Notes: generated from the letters alone by a model not told the origin. A stretch of 64,000 nucleotides of DNA from Balanoglossus misakiensis (GCA_040954595.2 CM082584.2:8819146-8883145); one strand, 5' to 3'; shown: positions 40,601-53,558, counted from the stretch's first letter. A program made the numbers and translations.

Positions 40601-41713
40601 GTTTTTCTTGTGTAAACCAAAAAGAGGGTTTGGTGAAATCACGGTCACTGGTTAAATTCCAATGTGGGTGAAATTATACAATGACCCGGCCCGAGTTCTA
40701 TTTTTATACGGGAGCCACATCGCCAAGAAGTCCAAAACAAGGCGTTGTGCTCGCTGGTGCATTAAGCGCCTTTTTGAGCGTCGGTAATATCGCTTGTTTT
40801 CGAAAATGGTACTCAATTAAGAAATAAATTTTAAGTCGTTTACATATGGATATCACTAATTAGCTTTCTCATTCGCGTTTGTCCGATCACTCACGTTTTC
40901 AGTGAACCGAATAATTTTCAGTAGGCGGTATTTACTTTTACACGACAGACATGTTGAAGTAAAGTTTGAGCACAGTACTATATTTGTAGGCTTAAAAAAG
41001 ACAGGTCTCATATGAGTATAACTATAAGTCACTTTGGGTGGATGCTTACAACATTGTACCCGCATACAGTTACCATGGAGGCGAAGAGAACAAATGCATT
41101 TTAACAAAGCTTCAGTAACATCGAATGCATCCATTTTGCTCAAACATTACAAACTTCTAGAATAACTGATATTAACCCTAATTAACTTGAGTAAGAACTG
41201 GGAATACAGTGTTGTTGAAATACATTATCTGGATTAAAAGGTTTCTTTTCACTTTCGAGATATATTGCGAGTGAAGCCTGTCAACTTTTGTAAAATGCTG
41301 GGAACTAAGTTGACGAATCAACGACATAACTTATAAGGCTTGATAAAATGAACGTATGTTAGACTTACGTGATCGTCATCCAAGTACAATTTTAGCCGAT
41401 AGCCGTCCAAGATTCCCTCCCTACTGTTGACATCTTCGATAGCCATCTCGATGGCCGGAACAACACCGGCCGCATTCCACCCTCCGTTCGGCGTTGTGAT
41501 CGGCATCATGCCGGCGATGGCCAGCTCAATCTCTTCGCTGGCGTTGCCCGCCGCGCCGCTGCCGGACAGATCGGTAGGGCTCCCGCCGCCTTCTGCGGTG
41601 TCCGAGTTGTTGCCGCCGCTGTCGATCGCACAGGTGTTGATGCTCAGGTAGAAGGCGCAGACGACGACGGAAAATAGTCGCGGTGAAATGCCACGGAGCG
41701 TTCTCTGAGCCAT
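31692..41713 (-). CDS. GABA-B receptor-like class C GPCR (Venus flytrap + 7TM + C-terminal coiled coil), ~915 aa
   Basis: 18 GT-AG exons in phase: 41713-41369, 37486-37349, 37167-37000, 36409-36308, 36029-35964, 35717-35529, 35402-35259, 35128-35003, 34812-34749, 34619-34536, 34369-34219, 33949-33820, 33717-33610, 33392-33270, 33165-32999, 32843-32684, 32443-32270, 32000-31692. Motifs: CDPG, GSGCS, YGAKYVW..GWY, YDSVW..ALAL, IRMSSPRLNN, FGAMFAKTWRV, KGLLLIFGCFLAYETR, LNDSK, IFLPK. No cysteine-rich domain, as expected for the GABA-B type. Confidence 0.93.
37550..37622. repeat. (GA)n microsatellite
   Basis: Imperfect GA run followed by poly-G. Confidence 0.85.
38402..38495. repeat. Mixed trinucleotide microsatellite (GAT/GAC/CAC)
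   Basis: GATGACGATGACGACGAC...ACCACCACCACC. Confidence 0.8.
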
Positions 41714-44148
41714 CGTATACCGTGTTTTTTTTTATTCAGCACATTCCCGTCGTTGTGTCAGGTCATGGGATTTCAACGGGAGATAACCACACTTTACCTG
41801 CAATGCAAAAACAAGTTCACTCATTGTGAGATCCATTGTCAGAAGTGTCACAGAATCACCTACCAGTAGATGTCATTTGAAAAATTAACATAACAATCGT
41901 CTGATTTGCATACGAAGCCTTATTGACAACGAGCAGCTAACACTCGCGTATCTAATTTTGGATTTGATTAATTATGTTTACATACTTCACTGATGTTATT
42001 ATTGACTAAGTATTGCGTACGCCAGCTTCAAAATCATAATTCGTTCATCTAATTAAACCCTACAAGCGAAAATTTTAACGCGCCGATGAAGGTTTTAAGA
42101 TAAAAAATCTAGTATCCGACTGCAGGTGTTTCCGGGGATTGGGTAGTACTAGTATTTCACTCACTATACAGTGCTGTGCCAAATTCTCGTTACTTTTATG
42201 TTCCATCGTTCATTAATGTTGAACTAGACTTTTATCGCTGGGATGAAATCAGTTAATGCCAACCACTTCCGTTTTAAAATCACACAGGTGACGCCACGGA
42301 AATAATCGGCATCTCATTAGCATAATTTATGTCTCAACATTGACTACATAACAATAAGTTTCTGATGCGTAGCGCCTTCATGTGGGTTCGTGTTCTTCTT
42401 CAGTTGATCACAAAATACTCTTCGCTGTGTTCTATTTCTTAGAAAATGACGAGAAGATGATGCAAGACGCAAATTTCGTCAAGGAGACGTTTACGCAGAA
42501 CTCGACAAAAACCTGTCCGCCCACTTCAAGAAACTTTCGCTCACAAATGAATGTGATGTAATCCTCCAACCATACGCATAAATACAAGTTAAAAGCATTA
42601 ATTAATTATGAAACCGTTTTCGCTTATATAATCGGAGTACAGAGATCTACCAGTTTCGATCATTTTGTTGTATCACAATTCTTGGCCGGCAGACAGCGGA
42701 GAAACTTTTTCCGGCTGCAAAAGTCGACGCGGTAGTAATTGATAAATCAGACTTGAAAACTTAAAACGGTTCAGTTCGTAGTACATGTACTGCCATTGTT
42801 TATCGGCGCGAATACATTGCCTTTCACTACTACCAGCATTTATCCTATCCGTTTTGTAGCGAGAACGCCTAACGCCTAGTAGGTCTATGTTCATGATTTC
42901 TATGGACAACTTATTAAAATAAAATGTCCTGTGTCGCAAATCGCGCAAGAGTGTGGAATTTAAATTCTAAAGAAAGGCGCGCGTTTTTTTAACGCAAATT
43001 GCTGATTTATGATATCGCAATCTGGCACTGAATATTGTCACCCCTATATTAAAATTCCATTGTAAAAACAAGGGGTTGGACGCGGGGCGCGGCTATATCA
43101 CAAAGGCTGCGGTGAAGGTGACAGGATAACGTACCGTGCCTCAGTGAACACAAAGGAGAGACAACTTACGGTGACCTCGCCCTGATTATTTTTGGAAACG
43201 ACATTACATTTGGTTTTAAAATACGGGTTTTAATTTTTCTGTGATGTTCAAGCGTTTTTCCAGCTATAAATTCGTTCGGGCATAGCGCAACGAATCCAAG
43301 TTAGCGATTCATTCAACAGTTTGAACAAAGAATGACATCACAGAAGGAGATGACGCCGTATAATGTCCACCTGGATATGTTACTTAGAGATGCAAATTTG
43401 AGCGATATTATTGATTGACATAATTTCGTATTCAAAACACTACAACAACACCTGCTAATACCCAAGAAGGATTTGAAAGAAAGAACAAAATGAAAAAATC
43501 TAAAATTTACCTACTTGTGATAATTTGAGCCGATTGGTGTATTGCGGACAGCTACAAATATTTGTGCGGAAAACAGTTTCTCATTAGGTTTTATTCTGAC
43601 TCAAAACATCTATAAATAGATGTTTACACCGATGAAATCGATCATATTTTGCAGTCCAGGGTCATCTCGTCACGACTTTCACACACCCGGTTGTATTTTG
43701 TGGTGATTCATGTCAACATACGGCCTACAGCCTTACCAGGCATGATACAGGGAAAGTTCAAAAAGCCATTGTCGCAATTTGTCTTTACAAGGCCAAGTTC
43801 AAGGGAATTAATTAACTCTAATATCGAAGCAATTTCAAAACCTTGTAGTCCCAACGCCAGGGGAAGGTGTAAAAGGAATGTTTGGTCACCCCCCCCCCCT
43901 CACAACTGCACAAGACAAACTATCTTTCTAAAGGAAAATGGAGGGTAATCAGAATGGATATCTTCTGTCGGGGAATTGAAATAATAATGGGGAATATACT
44001 TCACCAGTAAGTTATAAAAATATGTGCAGAGTGCTATTAGTTCCACAGAGTCTACATAACTTTGTTCTTGTTGTGGAACACCACAGTTGTAGAAAATGGC
44101 TATTTCGACTGATGGCATGGCTGAGTTGAGATGTCTAAAAGTGGTTAC

Positions 44149-44423
44149 CTTACAATGGCTGCTGCTGGAGTACAGATAGGCCGCGACACTGCAGCACACG
44201 AGTAGAAACAGAGACCAAGGGACCCTGATCATACACGGGTTTGCAGTAAACACGTTTATCCCCCATCGTCCGACGCTCGCATGAGTCGTTAGCTGGAAGG
44301 AGACCTTGGCTGGCGAAGATGGATTATTCCCCAGACATTCACTCTCGTCACAACTACGAACTCTAAGCTGATTATTGCACTCGCTGACGAACAACAGGTG
44401 CAGCACTTGCCATATGCAAATTC
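44149..44423 (-). promoter_or_regulatory. Candidate promoter + first exon of the GABA-B-like gene (proximal copy)
   Basis: Octamer ATGCAAAT at 44414-44421, E-boxes CACTTG and CAGGTG, TGCACTC. The putative exon ends at the donor AAG|GTAACC (44149). Homologous to 49863-50214. Confidence 0.5.
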
Positions 44424-47400
44424 GCATGACCCGTCAAACTCACCGGTCAGTAAACAACACGTGATCACATCTATCCGCGTTGGGCTTTTTTCTAATTTCC
44501 TATTCAAAATCGTCAACAACAAACAGGCCCAGTTCTGAACGAATTGATTTTTAATCCTCCGAGACGTTTTATTAATGTCAACACACGAGCAATGGACATC
44601 CATCCTAGAGATGTGATGGATCTGACACGAACAGGGTCAAACAGATTGATGTCGTTTGATGTCGTGAAGAATAATGCTTTACAAGGCTGTAGTTATGGTG
44701 ACCAGATGATGATCATATGTACGCGGAAGGGTTAAATGATTACGCCAATTATTCGCTTCTTCATTACGGTCTGGTCTAATCAATCACGTCTCGTTCGATT
44801 GAAACGACTTTCTATCCTGACCGGAGTTCCCTATATAAATAGTCGGGTTATTTTTTAAGGTTGTCATCTGTGTCGTTTAACGTCGCTTAGATGACAGACC
44901 ATTTTGAGAATCGCGTCTCGCATGACGAAGAAACATTTTCAACATCTGACCAGATTCAGATAGTTATGTCATGTGAACAGAGCATCGTGAAATTTAACTC
45001 TGGATCACTCGAGAAACTCTGCTGACGGACAAATCCACTTCCTTCTCCTTTTTCTAAGCGATAACGACATGAATGATTACGTGTGATCTAATTGGTCGGG
45101 AAGATTGGTCAATTTTAACGCGTAAACGAGAAATAATGTTTCGGTGAAATTCGATCCGGACACACTAAAAGGTCGGAACAGTGATTTTACGCACTGAATT
45201 TTTCAAAAAAGGAGGGAATAATAAGCGACAAATGCGTGTAGGCAATCAATTTATCTTGTGTCATTGAATTGTACGCCTGTATTTCTTACAACGCCATAGA
45301 GTTGGATGTGAGAAGACCTTTTGGGATTCTGACAAGCGGAAGTGGTACATTACACTGTGAGATCAGATGGTGCAACGGTTTACCGAATACTTTGTTGCCG
45401 ACTACTGAATTCGATTTTGTTACGTCACTGATATTATGATGACGTGTACCGGACCCCAAAAGTCACCATATTTTATCACCGAAGCTTAAACACTAACACA
45501 GTGACGTCATAAGATTTACCTAACCGACAAATGGTACACTTAGTTTCAATCTCCATAATATGTATTAGCGTCTTTGATTTCCACTCTCAAAGGTAATATT
45601 CGTCAACCAACTGGAAACTATTCATCAAATTCCGGCGATTAATATATTTAGTTTTTCTTTATCACTTTTATATTAATCCTTGATTCAAGAAGCATTAAAT
45701 ACCCAACTTCTTTATAACACATTAAATTCTAACAGCGCTTTACTTGAAGGTGGAAATATTCCAAAGATACTGAGATTAGATTTAACAATTTCAACTGTGA
45801 TTGCGATCTGCCTTTATACTGTAAATCATTTCCGACTGCGAATTACTGACGCCCGCGGAAGGAATATTTGTCCATCGACCATCATCGCGTTCACCCGGGG
45901 GGGATTAGTTAAGGTGGTGAGCGGGCAGTGAAAGTTGCGCTGCAAAGGCATTTATTCCAGCGCCATCTGAGCCCCGTCGTTCAATAGCAAAATCGTGCGT
46001 CATATCTGTGTAGTCCCTATGCGTTCGTGATACAAAATCCTCTGGGGAAGAAAACAGCAAAGTTTAGCCGACAAACGTGAAAAAACACGGGTTTCCATTT
46101 TGTTCTGGTTGCCATGGTGACTTGATCGTCAAGTGAAGACGGCATAGCCTGGGCTTCGTTCATGTAACGGACAAGTCCATTATCAAAATGAAACCCCAAA
46201 AATGTAGAGAAACACGGTTCGCAAAAAACCGAAAAGCATTGTAAACATTTCCTCATAGTACCCCAGTGCATTTGTGGCGTCATATTCATGTCTAATTATA
46301 TTTACCCAAGAAGGTGACTAGTATCACATACGCAATCCGATTGTATGTTATACCTCTGAATACACTGGGTAACCTGAACTGTCTAAAAATATGAATTGCA
46401 GATGGAATAACCGCCCGATCTTTTAATAACCATTAAAATTATGTACAACTTGGATGAATAGACCGTGGCCTTGAGAACGGATTTCTTTAAAGTCGGAAGT
46501 ACACAGACAAAAAGTAAACAAAGAAAAGAAGGATAATTGGTTGAAAGCAAATATGCAGAAAACTCACCTTACAATATATACGTAATGAATTAACCAAAGC
46601 ATAGAGACGCCAGTCAGAACGTATTCGCAGCAAAAACAGGTGAACGTACAGGAAGAACAGAAATACTGTTTTAGGAGTAATAATGGAGGAGGGGAGTTTT
46701 GAGTCTCTTTTTACCGAGCCTGACGAAACACAGATTCACGACTCATTGGAAATTGTTCAAGTAGAAAGAAACCAGGACAAAACTAAGAGTCTGGTGGGGA
46801 TTTTGAAGAGCGGAGAGTATTCGCATTGCCGACAAAAACATGTTCTCATTTCAGTGCGGCACTTGCAGACACTTTATGATAATCTTCAAAACGAAATGAA
46901 ACGATGTACACGCCTTCCCCATCGATACTATCGCAAATGTTTTAGTCTAAGTGAAGAAACATCAGAAGCGAAGATCTTGTATCGCTAAAGGCGCAAAAAC
47001 ATTACTTTGGATGTGTTTGATGAGTGTTGGTCTGCCTACTATTACATGGTGGACTGCGGTTTCAGATGCATTTTAGTTTTGTGGCATTTTTTATCAATTT
47101 GATGGGTTTTATGAAACCTACCTGGTTCCAAACAGTGCAATTTACTTCACAGTGTGTCCTGGCTATGTAACCACCTGTCCTTCTAAGATGCCCACTTTCC
47201 ATTTAATGCTATAGCTGCGATCAGGTTGAGGTGAGCGTGATGTTAGAACTTGGGGATGAACTCTCCAACTAGTCAAGGGATTACACATCACATCTGATGC
47301 CCCGCAGCCGATTAATCTTGGGTCGAAAGTGTCATTTTTTGATGCCGCTCATTATGTAGATCATAATTCAGTATGCGGTTATGGCCAATGAACGTCGGTG

Positions 47401-48929
47401 TGTTAGTGTTAATAAACGGGTTATTGAACAATGATGTGCCATCTGACATATCTGTCAAATAGTGGGCGGGTTCATCAAATATCATAAGCAAAATGTTCAA
47501 TATAGACCTGTCAACGCACATCTTACAGAGTAGCAGATGAAAATGTTTTGGGGTTGCTATGGAAATACGGTTAGGCACGCAAAAGCGGAGATTTCCCAGT
47601 GTGTAAGCCAGTTAACTAGTTCGTGCATTGGAGAGATAGCTTCTAGCTACGTAAGACAAACTTGTCACGGGTTTTCCCTCAGTGGTCCCTGTTTGACGCA
47701 CTCTGCATAAATGTACGAACCTTTAAAGATTCTCGCGGCATCATTCGATTTAAGTGATATTCGACTTTCTCTGTAACCCCAGGTATCTCTGTCTCCCCTC
47801 CCTCCCTCCCTCCGAGGCTCTCTCTCTCTCTCTCCTTCCCTTTCTCTCCCAATATATTTTCATCATAGTGAATGTCTGAAATTGAAATTCACAGCGGTGC
47901 GCGGCGAGTTTACTCAAAACCACAAAATATATATGTTTATCCTTTAAAGCCAAGAAACGTCATTATTGGCATGCCATTCAAAAGAATTTAACTAAAAAGA
48001 GGATATCACTTTCTAAAATTATCTCATTCGAAAAGGCTTACTTTAAAAGCGAATATTTGTTGGTACTTGTAGAGGTAATAAAGGTGGATATTGGATGAAC
48101 GCGTGTTTCATCATTTTAACATTAACGATTTCACCCGACGCGTCAACATTTAAAAGGAGGTTTTGATGGACTGTCAAGTTTTTCACCAAGACGTGTCTCC
48201 CGTTATAAAAATGTGTCAGCGTGAGACAAACCAATTTTTAATGAAAGTGTGAACTTTGGCCAAAATCACAAAACTCTTCCCTGCGTTATATTTACAACAA
48301 CATCTTCAATGTATTTATTTGCGATTACAATGTGACAGTTTATACCAACCTGAAAGTAACGGTAAAATATTCTACTGCATGTTGATGAACAAAGCTTTCT
48401 GGAGTTGGTGTTATGTGATTTTTCTTGACCTCAATCGTATGGAAACGTCCAACTTCGCATGACATGTGGAAGGAGGCGAAGGCAGTCCACTATTTGGATG
48501 CGTCGAACGCTAAATTTGTAGAACATTATTTGGATTCGACGTAATGTTAGCCTGGGTATACACGACACGAAATTACGCACGTGCGCATGAGACGATCGTC
48601 TGCCGTTAAATCTTGAGGGTGAAAAGTCTACTACGGGCTAGATTGTCACAAGATGAAGGAGCCACTTGATGATTCCGGCTGGAATGAAGGACCGAGCATC
48701 CCAGTAGGTAGCGTGAGTGAATGGGTACATGGTCACCTTGTAAATAATATAAATGTGTATTTGAATGTTTAATGCAAAGTAATGGGGGTTTACCAGCGAA
48801 GCCATAAATAATTCAATTATACAGATACGGGCTTTTAACGTGAAGTGCGTCCATCGTGACCAGATTATCTTTCGCTCTGGTGGACGTACGCGACCGATGT
48901 TGGCGATTGAATTCTGGCATGAAGCGTGG

Positions 48930-49055
48930 ATGGAGCGAGCGAGTGAGTGAGGGAGGGAGGGAGAGAAAGAGAAAGATTGTGAGAGACAGATAGACACACA
49001 CAGACACAGAGAGATAGGCAGAGTGAGAGAGTGTGAGAGAGCGAGAGAGAGAGAG

Positions 49056-49087
<32 letters not shown>

Positions 49088-49098
49088 TACAGACAGAT
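48930..49098. repeat. (GA)n/(CA)n compound microsatellite
   Basis: Long imperfect GA run. It explains the spurious S/L-rich ORFs at 48638-49118. Confidence 0.9.
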
Positions 49099-49862
49099 AT
49101 TAGCCACTCAACACACAATTCCCTTCTGCACGCTTTGAATAAGAAATGATGTTAGTAACTAGTACTAGATCCAATTGAGTAGGTAGGGTCCCGCCACGCA
49201 AGACTGGCTTAAATAATTGACACCGCCTTTTGTAACAATTGATGAACGAATGAAAAATTTATATTTGTAATAAACTGACAAAACCCATTAGTGGCGGATT
49301 GTAATCTATTCTGTAATGAGAGACCTTGTCCATTCACGTCACTTTGTTCCAAATGTGACTGCTGTTTTGAAAAGAGGGTCTTTCTCGCACATGGTAAATG
49401 TGTCATCGGACGCTCCTTTCCTCGCACGGGAATAGTTCAAATAAAAAAAGGATTTCTCAAACGCCTCCCAAAGCAGCACTATTCAGTTTCAGCTCTCCGG
49501 ATTTGACTGAATATCGAGTCTCTTTTCTAATATTCATGAGCAAAAAGAAATTGGCTTTAGGGCGCAGAACGTGTCTCCCGAGACACTTCGCTTGAACGTA
49601 ACCAGATGCTTCTAATCGGGTTCGGCGACCCTTTACTCTGTTCCTTGGTTTTTGGTCAAAATTCACAACAGTAACGCGAACGGAGCCTTCGGTAATTACT
49701 GAGAGGCGAACTGGTTGAGAGGAACGGTCACCCTCGGGGGAATTGATCTTCGCTCGCGATTGCTCTTCCACTAACACTAATCATACTCAGGCTTTTTTAT
49801 AGACAGACTAACAGGTTAAACAGAAACAGTGTCCAAAGTATGGAGATAAGCAAATGATGTAC

Positions 49863-50214
49863 CTTATGTCCCGGGGCTCCAATGCGCCGACGCTGGATGC
49901 TTCTTTGACACTGGGCACGCGGAGAGAACGTCTTGCTTGGTGTGACGCACCAGTCCTGGGGAGTAAGTTTTGTCCGATGGCTGAGTAGACTGGTCCAACC
50001 ACAGGCCAGTAGGAGTGATACATATAGTGACACTGCACACGATTGTCGTAGAAGTAGGAACTCTGAACAGAAGCACCCAGAGACAGCGACCACGAAACCC
50101 TGACCGCCAACGTGGTTTTGCAGTAATCTAACTCACCACCCGGGACGCGTCCCTGACGCTGATTGGTGCACTCGTCGACGCACAACAGATGCAGCACTTG
50201 CAATATGCAAATTC
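49863..50214 (-). promoter_or_regulatory. Candidate promoter + first exon of the GABA-B-like gene (distal copy)
   Basis: Octamer at 50205-50212, E-boxes CACTTG and CAGATG, CCAAT on the minus strand. The putative exon ends at the donor AAG|GTACAT (49863). 50/57 nt identical to 44367-44423. Confidence 0.5.
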
Positions 50215-52847
50215 ATGTGATTTCCATTTTAACACTTTAATCCCTAAAATTTCCGATAAAATTTAGTCGGAAATTGGTAGAATAGAATAGAGTTGAGGCC
50301 ACTGCAAAAAGTTGGGTGCACAAAAAGTAGGAAATACTATTTATTTGACGTATTCGTATTTCAATTCACACTTTTTATTTCGCATAAAAACATGAATGAC
50401 TCGTATGGATATATTGAATTAACGCGAATAAAAGGCGACTTTTACAGCCACGAGTTCGTTTCACTCTTCCCAAATTACTGAAATACGCTACTTGATGGAT
50501 TATTGGTTGAAAGAGGAATTGCCACCTGCTTCTTCTTAACACACGATCGATCGGCGATTATTTATCATGTCCTGACCCACGCGTCATCTTAAGATTTTCC
50601 ACGTCGCTTGTAGTAATCAGGAAGTAGTCTTGATCCCCGAACAAATAAGCTTAGTCTTGAAATTTCAAGTTCATACTCGTCCTGTTCATGTGTGACTATC
50701 AGTTTTTCTTTAATCGCCAGCCATGGGACTCGCATTTAATGCTCGCCTTAGCTTTCTTTACATCTCCTGAATGGTTATAAATCCCTTGCCCAATTTCCCT
50801 CATGTAGTCTTGGCTTCAACTCTTAACTCGGATTATTTCTGATACCGGGAGTTGGAATTCTCAAATCAAATCACAGGACCGTGTAGTAGAAATAGGTCCG
50901 TGGAACACCAGGTGTGAAATGATGCCTGCATTCAATGTCTAAGAAAGCACGAATCTTTGACATCGGATTATGAAGTCATTAAAATCCAAATAGCGTGCAA
51001 CAGGAAAAATTTACCATAATTTTATCTTTCACTCTAAGCCAAGCAGTACAAGTGACCAATTTACTAATTAATTTGACAGAAATCCCACAAGGAAATTTTC
51101 AGATTTTGGGGCGCAAGCTACCTCATTAAGTTTTCAACATTTTCACAATTCACATCCTGCGATGACATGACCAACACACCAGACTTTTAAAACTTTTTGA
51201 GTTTTATTACCTTCAATATTTAAGAACATCATTGAAAAAATGTAATATATATATTTATATCATCAATATTTGCTTAGAGGTACTTTGTGTGGCAAAAAAC
51301 TTAGAAAGGATTCACAAATCACCAGCAAAAGAAATGAAAGCTGAAAAATGCTATATCATATCTACGCTATAGACATCTTTGCCCATTTTGGCTAAAAGGG
51401 GTAATAAATGTTATGTCAACGTGTGGTGGTGCACAATCTTGTGACCACATACATTTAAAAACAATATTAAAACAAAATCAACAGTAACTTCATAAATTGA
51501 GGCAACACAAATCAAGTTTTCATCCACCAAATGATTCTTAGCAGTTGCAGTAAATGACAAATTTGTCCATACAAATAATAATTTTGTGGTAAATAATAAA
51601 ATAAGCTTAAAGACACTGAACAGTGACTTGAGAAAGTCTTGACAACAACAAAATATCGCAATACATGTGATGCTGTATCTTCATAATGTGGCCTGGACTG
51701 AAACACATGATTTCCAATAATATATCCTTTTCTTGTGACAAAAAACAAACAAACAGCACTTGAAAGGCGGTGGATTACCAACACAGGCATACATTATTCT
51801 CTCATCTAAACTGTAAGGCACTCTAGTTGTACATGTACAAATATCAGTTACATTGAATATTATGTGTGGATAAACATCATTAAAATACTCTCCAAGTTTA
51901 CTAAAATATACCCTCAGTTGAGTGACTCATGAAAATACTCATCTACTAATTATTTCTGCTTGATTCTTCTAATTAGTTTTTAAATTGATTGAGTGGAGAC
52001 CTTCTCTCTTTGATCTTTAGAAGAGGCTTCTCAATTATTGCCTGTCCAAGGTCATCGCACCATCCAATTACAATTATCATTGTCAACAAACGAGCAAAGA
52101 GCATTACAAGTTCTTGGTCCAAAGGCATTGAATGGTTATCAATAATTAAAGTCATTTTGTTATCAAGTGACACTCACCAACTGAATACCCGAAAAAGAAT
52201 ACGCGAGAAATTAATTCATTCAAAGTTGTCAGGATTAGGAGTAACGAGTCCTTTTGTCATTACCATATAAATAAAGTCTCATGAATGTTCACTTGACTGG
52301 TATAAGTAACCGTAAATATGGATGTGTTACGTTCAACACAGATGCCACTTCTCACAAAAGAGGTGTGCTGCTAAATGTTTTCACTGTACTGCGTTACTGT
52401 TGTTTCAATCAATATCCCATGGGGCCAATGAAGTTCTGAACTGATGCGTGAAATACAACCAATTACTTGACGCAAAACGACACGGGCAATCAGAAAAATA
52501 TCAATGGGGCTAAACTGGAATAAAATTGCGCACACTGATTGTTGTCGTGTTCCGTGGAGACCAAGATACTGAAGAAATGTATTTAGGTCTCTGATAATCA
52601 GACTCCTGAATCATGACATGTTACCATGGCCCCCTCACTAGTGAATAAGTGATCTGAGTTGTTATTGCTGCTTCATAGGACGTGTGTCTCTATATAGAGA
52701 TGAAAGCAAGAAAAGATTTCTAGCTCGCTGTACTGTAGATGGAGCTTTTATCAACCCTGACCTATGACATTCCACAGGAATCAACCTCTGGACAGGATGC
52801 AAACAGTTAAGGTGTGTTGAGAATGAAGCCAAAAGAAAGTCACCTGG

Positions 52848-52921
52848 CAGCCATATTGGATTTCATCATAAAACAAACTAAAGGTGACAGCCATATTGGA
52901 TTTCATCACAAAACAAACTAA
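52848..52921. repeat. ~34-bp direct repeat (period 40) in the EGFLAM 3' region
   Basis: CAGCCATATTGGATTTCATCA(T/C)AAAACAAACTAA occurs twice. Confidence 0.85.
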
Positions 52922-53541
52922 CACACACTTGATCTACCAGAGACTCCTGAAAATGTTGTGCAGAACATACATGTACATGTATATGCATGAACCAATAGGC
53001 AGCTAAAAATAAGGATGCATAAGTTAAGACAGTTCAAACTGGGATGCATCTGAATATTTGATTGTAGAACATGTTTTAGAATCTACCCAACATGTAGTAG
53101 TACAATTGAATTTTCTGTATGCCTTTTGGGAAACAGAATTAAAACATTTATGTTTTTTCTTCTGTTTTAAGATATGCATTTTACATGATCCCTTCCTGAG
53201 ATGGCTTCAGCGAACATGATATTTCATTGGCTACATTCACCTCTTCGTCGAAAATGAAATGGCACTTTGAAGGTTGAACATTTATGTTGAGGAATGCATG
53301 ATAACGTTTTGAGTGACACTATCGAACGGTTTTAAAATCAAAAGTGGATTAAAGTGTGGAGCGATTTGGACACGATTGCTGTTTTTGCCAAGAAGGAAAG
53401 AAAAGGAAATGACCAGATTATCAGTTCTTGAAGGCAGTAATTTTTGGTACAGGTCAGTCTGACGTTTACTGACCCATCAGAGAAACATCAAGCGTGTAAG
53501 CATCAATGTCTACCACCAATGAAATCATTATTCTCAATGAA

Positions 53542-53558
53542 CCCTCCAGGTGGCGCTA
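53542..53558 (+). promoter_or_regulatory. Candidate CTCF site overlapping the EGFLAM stop codon
   Basis: CCCTCCAGGTGGCGCTA. Motif match only. Confidence 0.35.

Noticed and set aside
44373-44390. miR-92-like sequence TATTGCACTCG
   Set aside because: The match stops after 11 nt, there is no hairpin, and the paralogous copy at 50164 lacks the seed.
46683-46988. 101-aa ATG ORF (MEEGSFESLF...)
   Set aside because: No recognisable domain or splice partners; the length is within chance expectation. A BLASTP search or expression data would be needed.
48638-49118. Overlapping S/L-rich hydrophobic ORFs
   Set aside because: These are translations of a (GA)n microsatellite.
44149-50214. snRNA genes suggested by the octamer motifs
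   Set aside because: No U snRNA sequence, Sm site or PSE-spaced transcript was recognisable near either copy.
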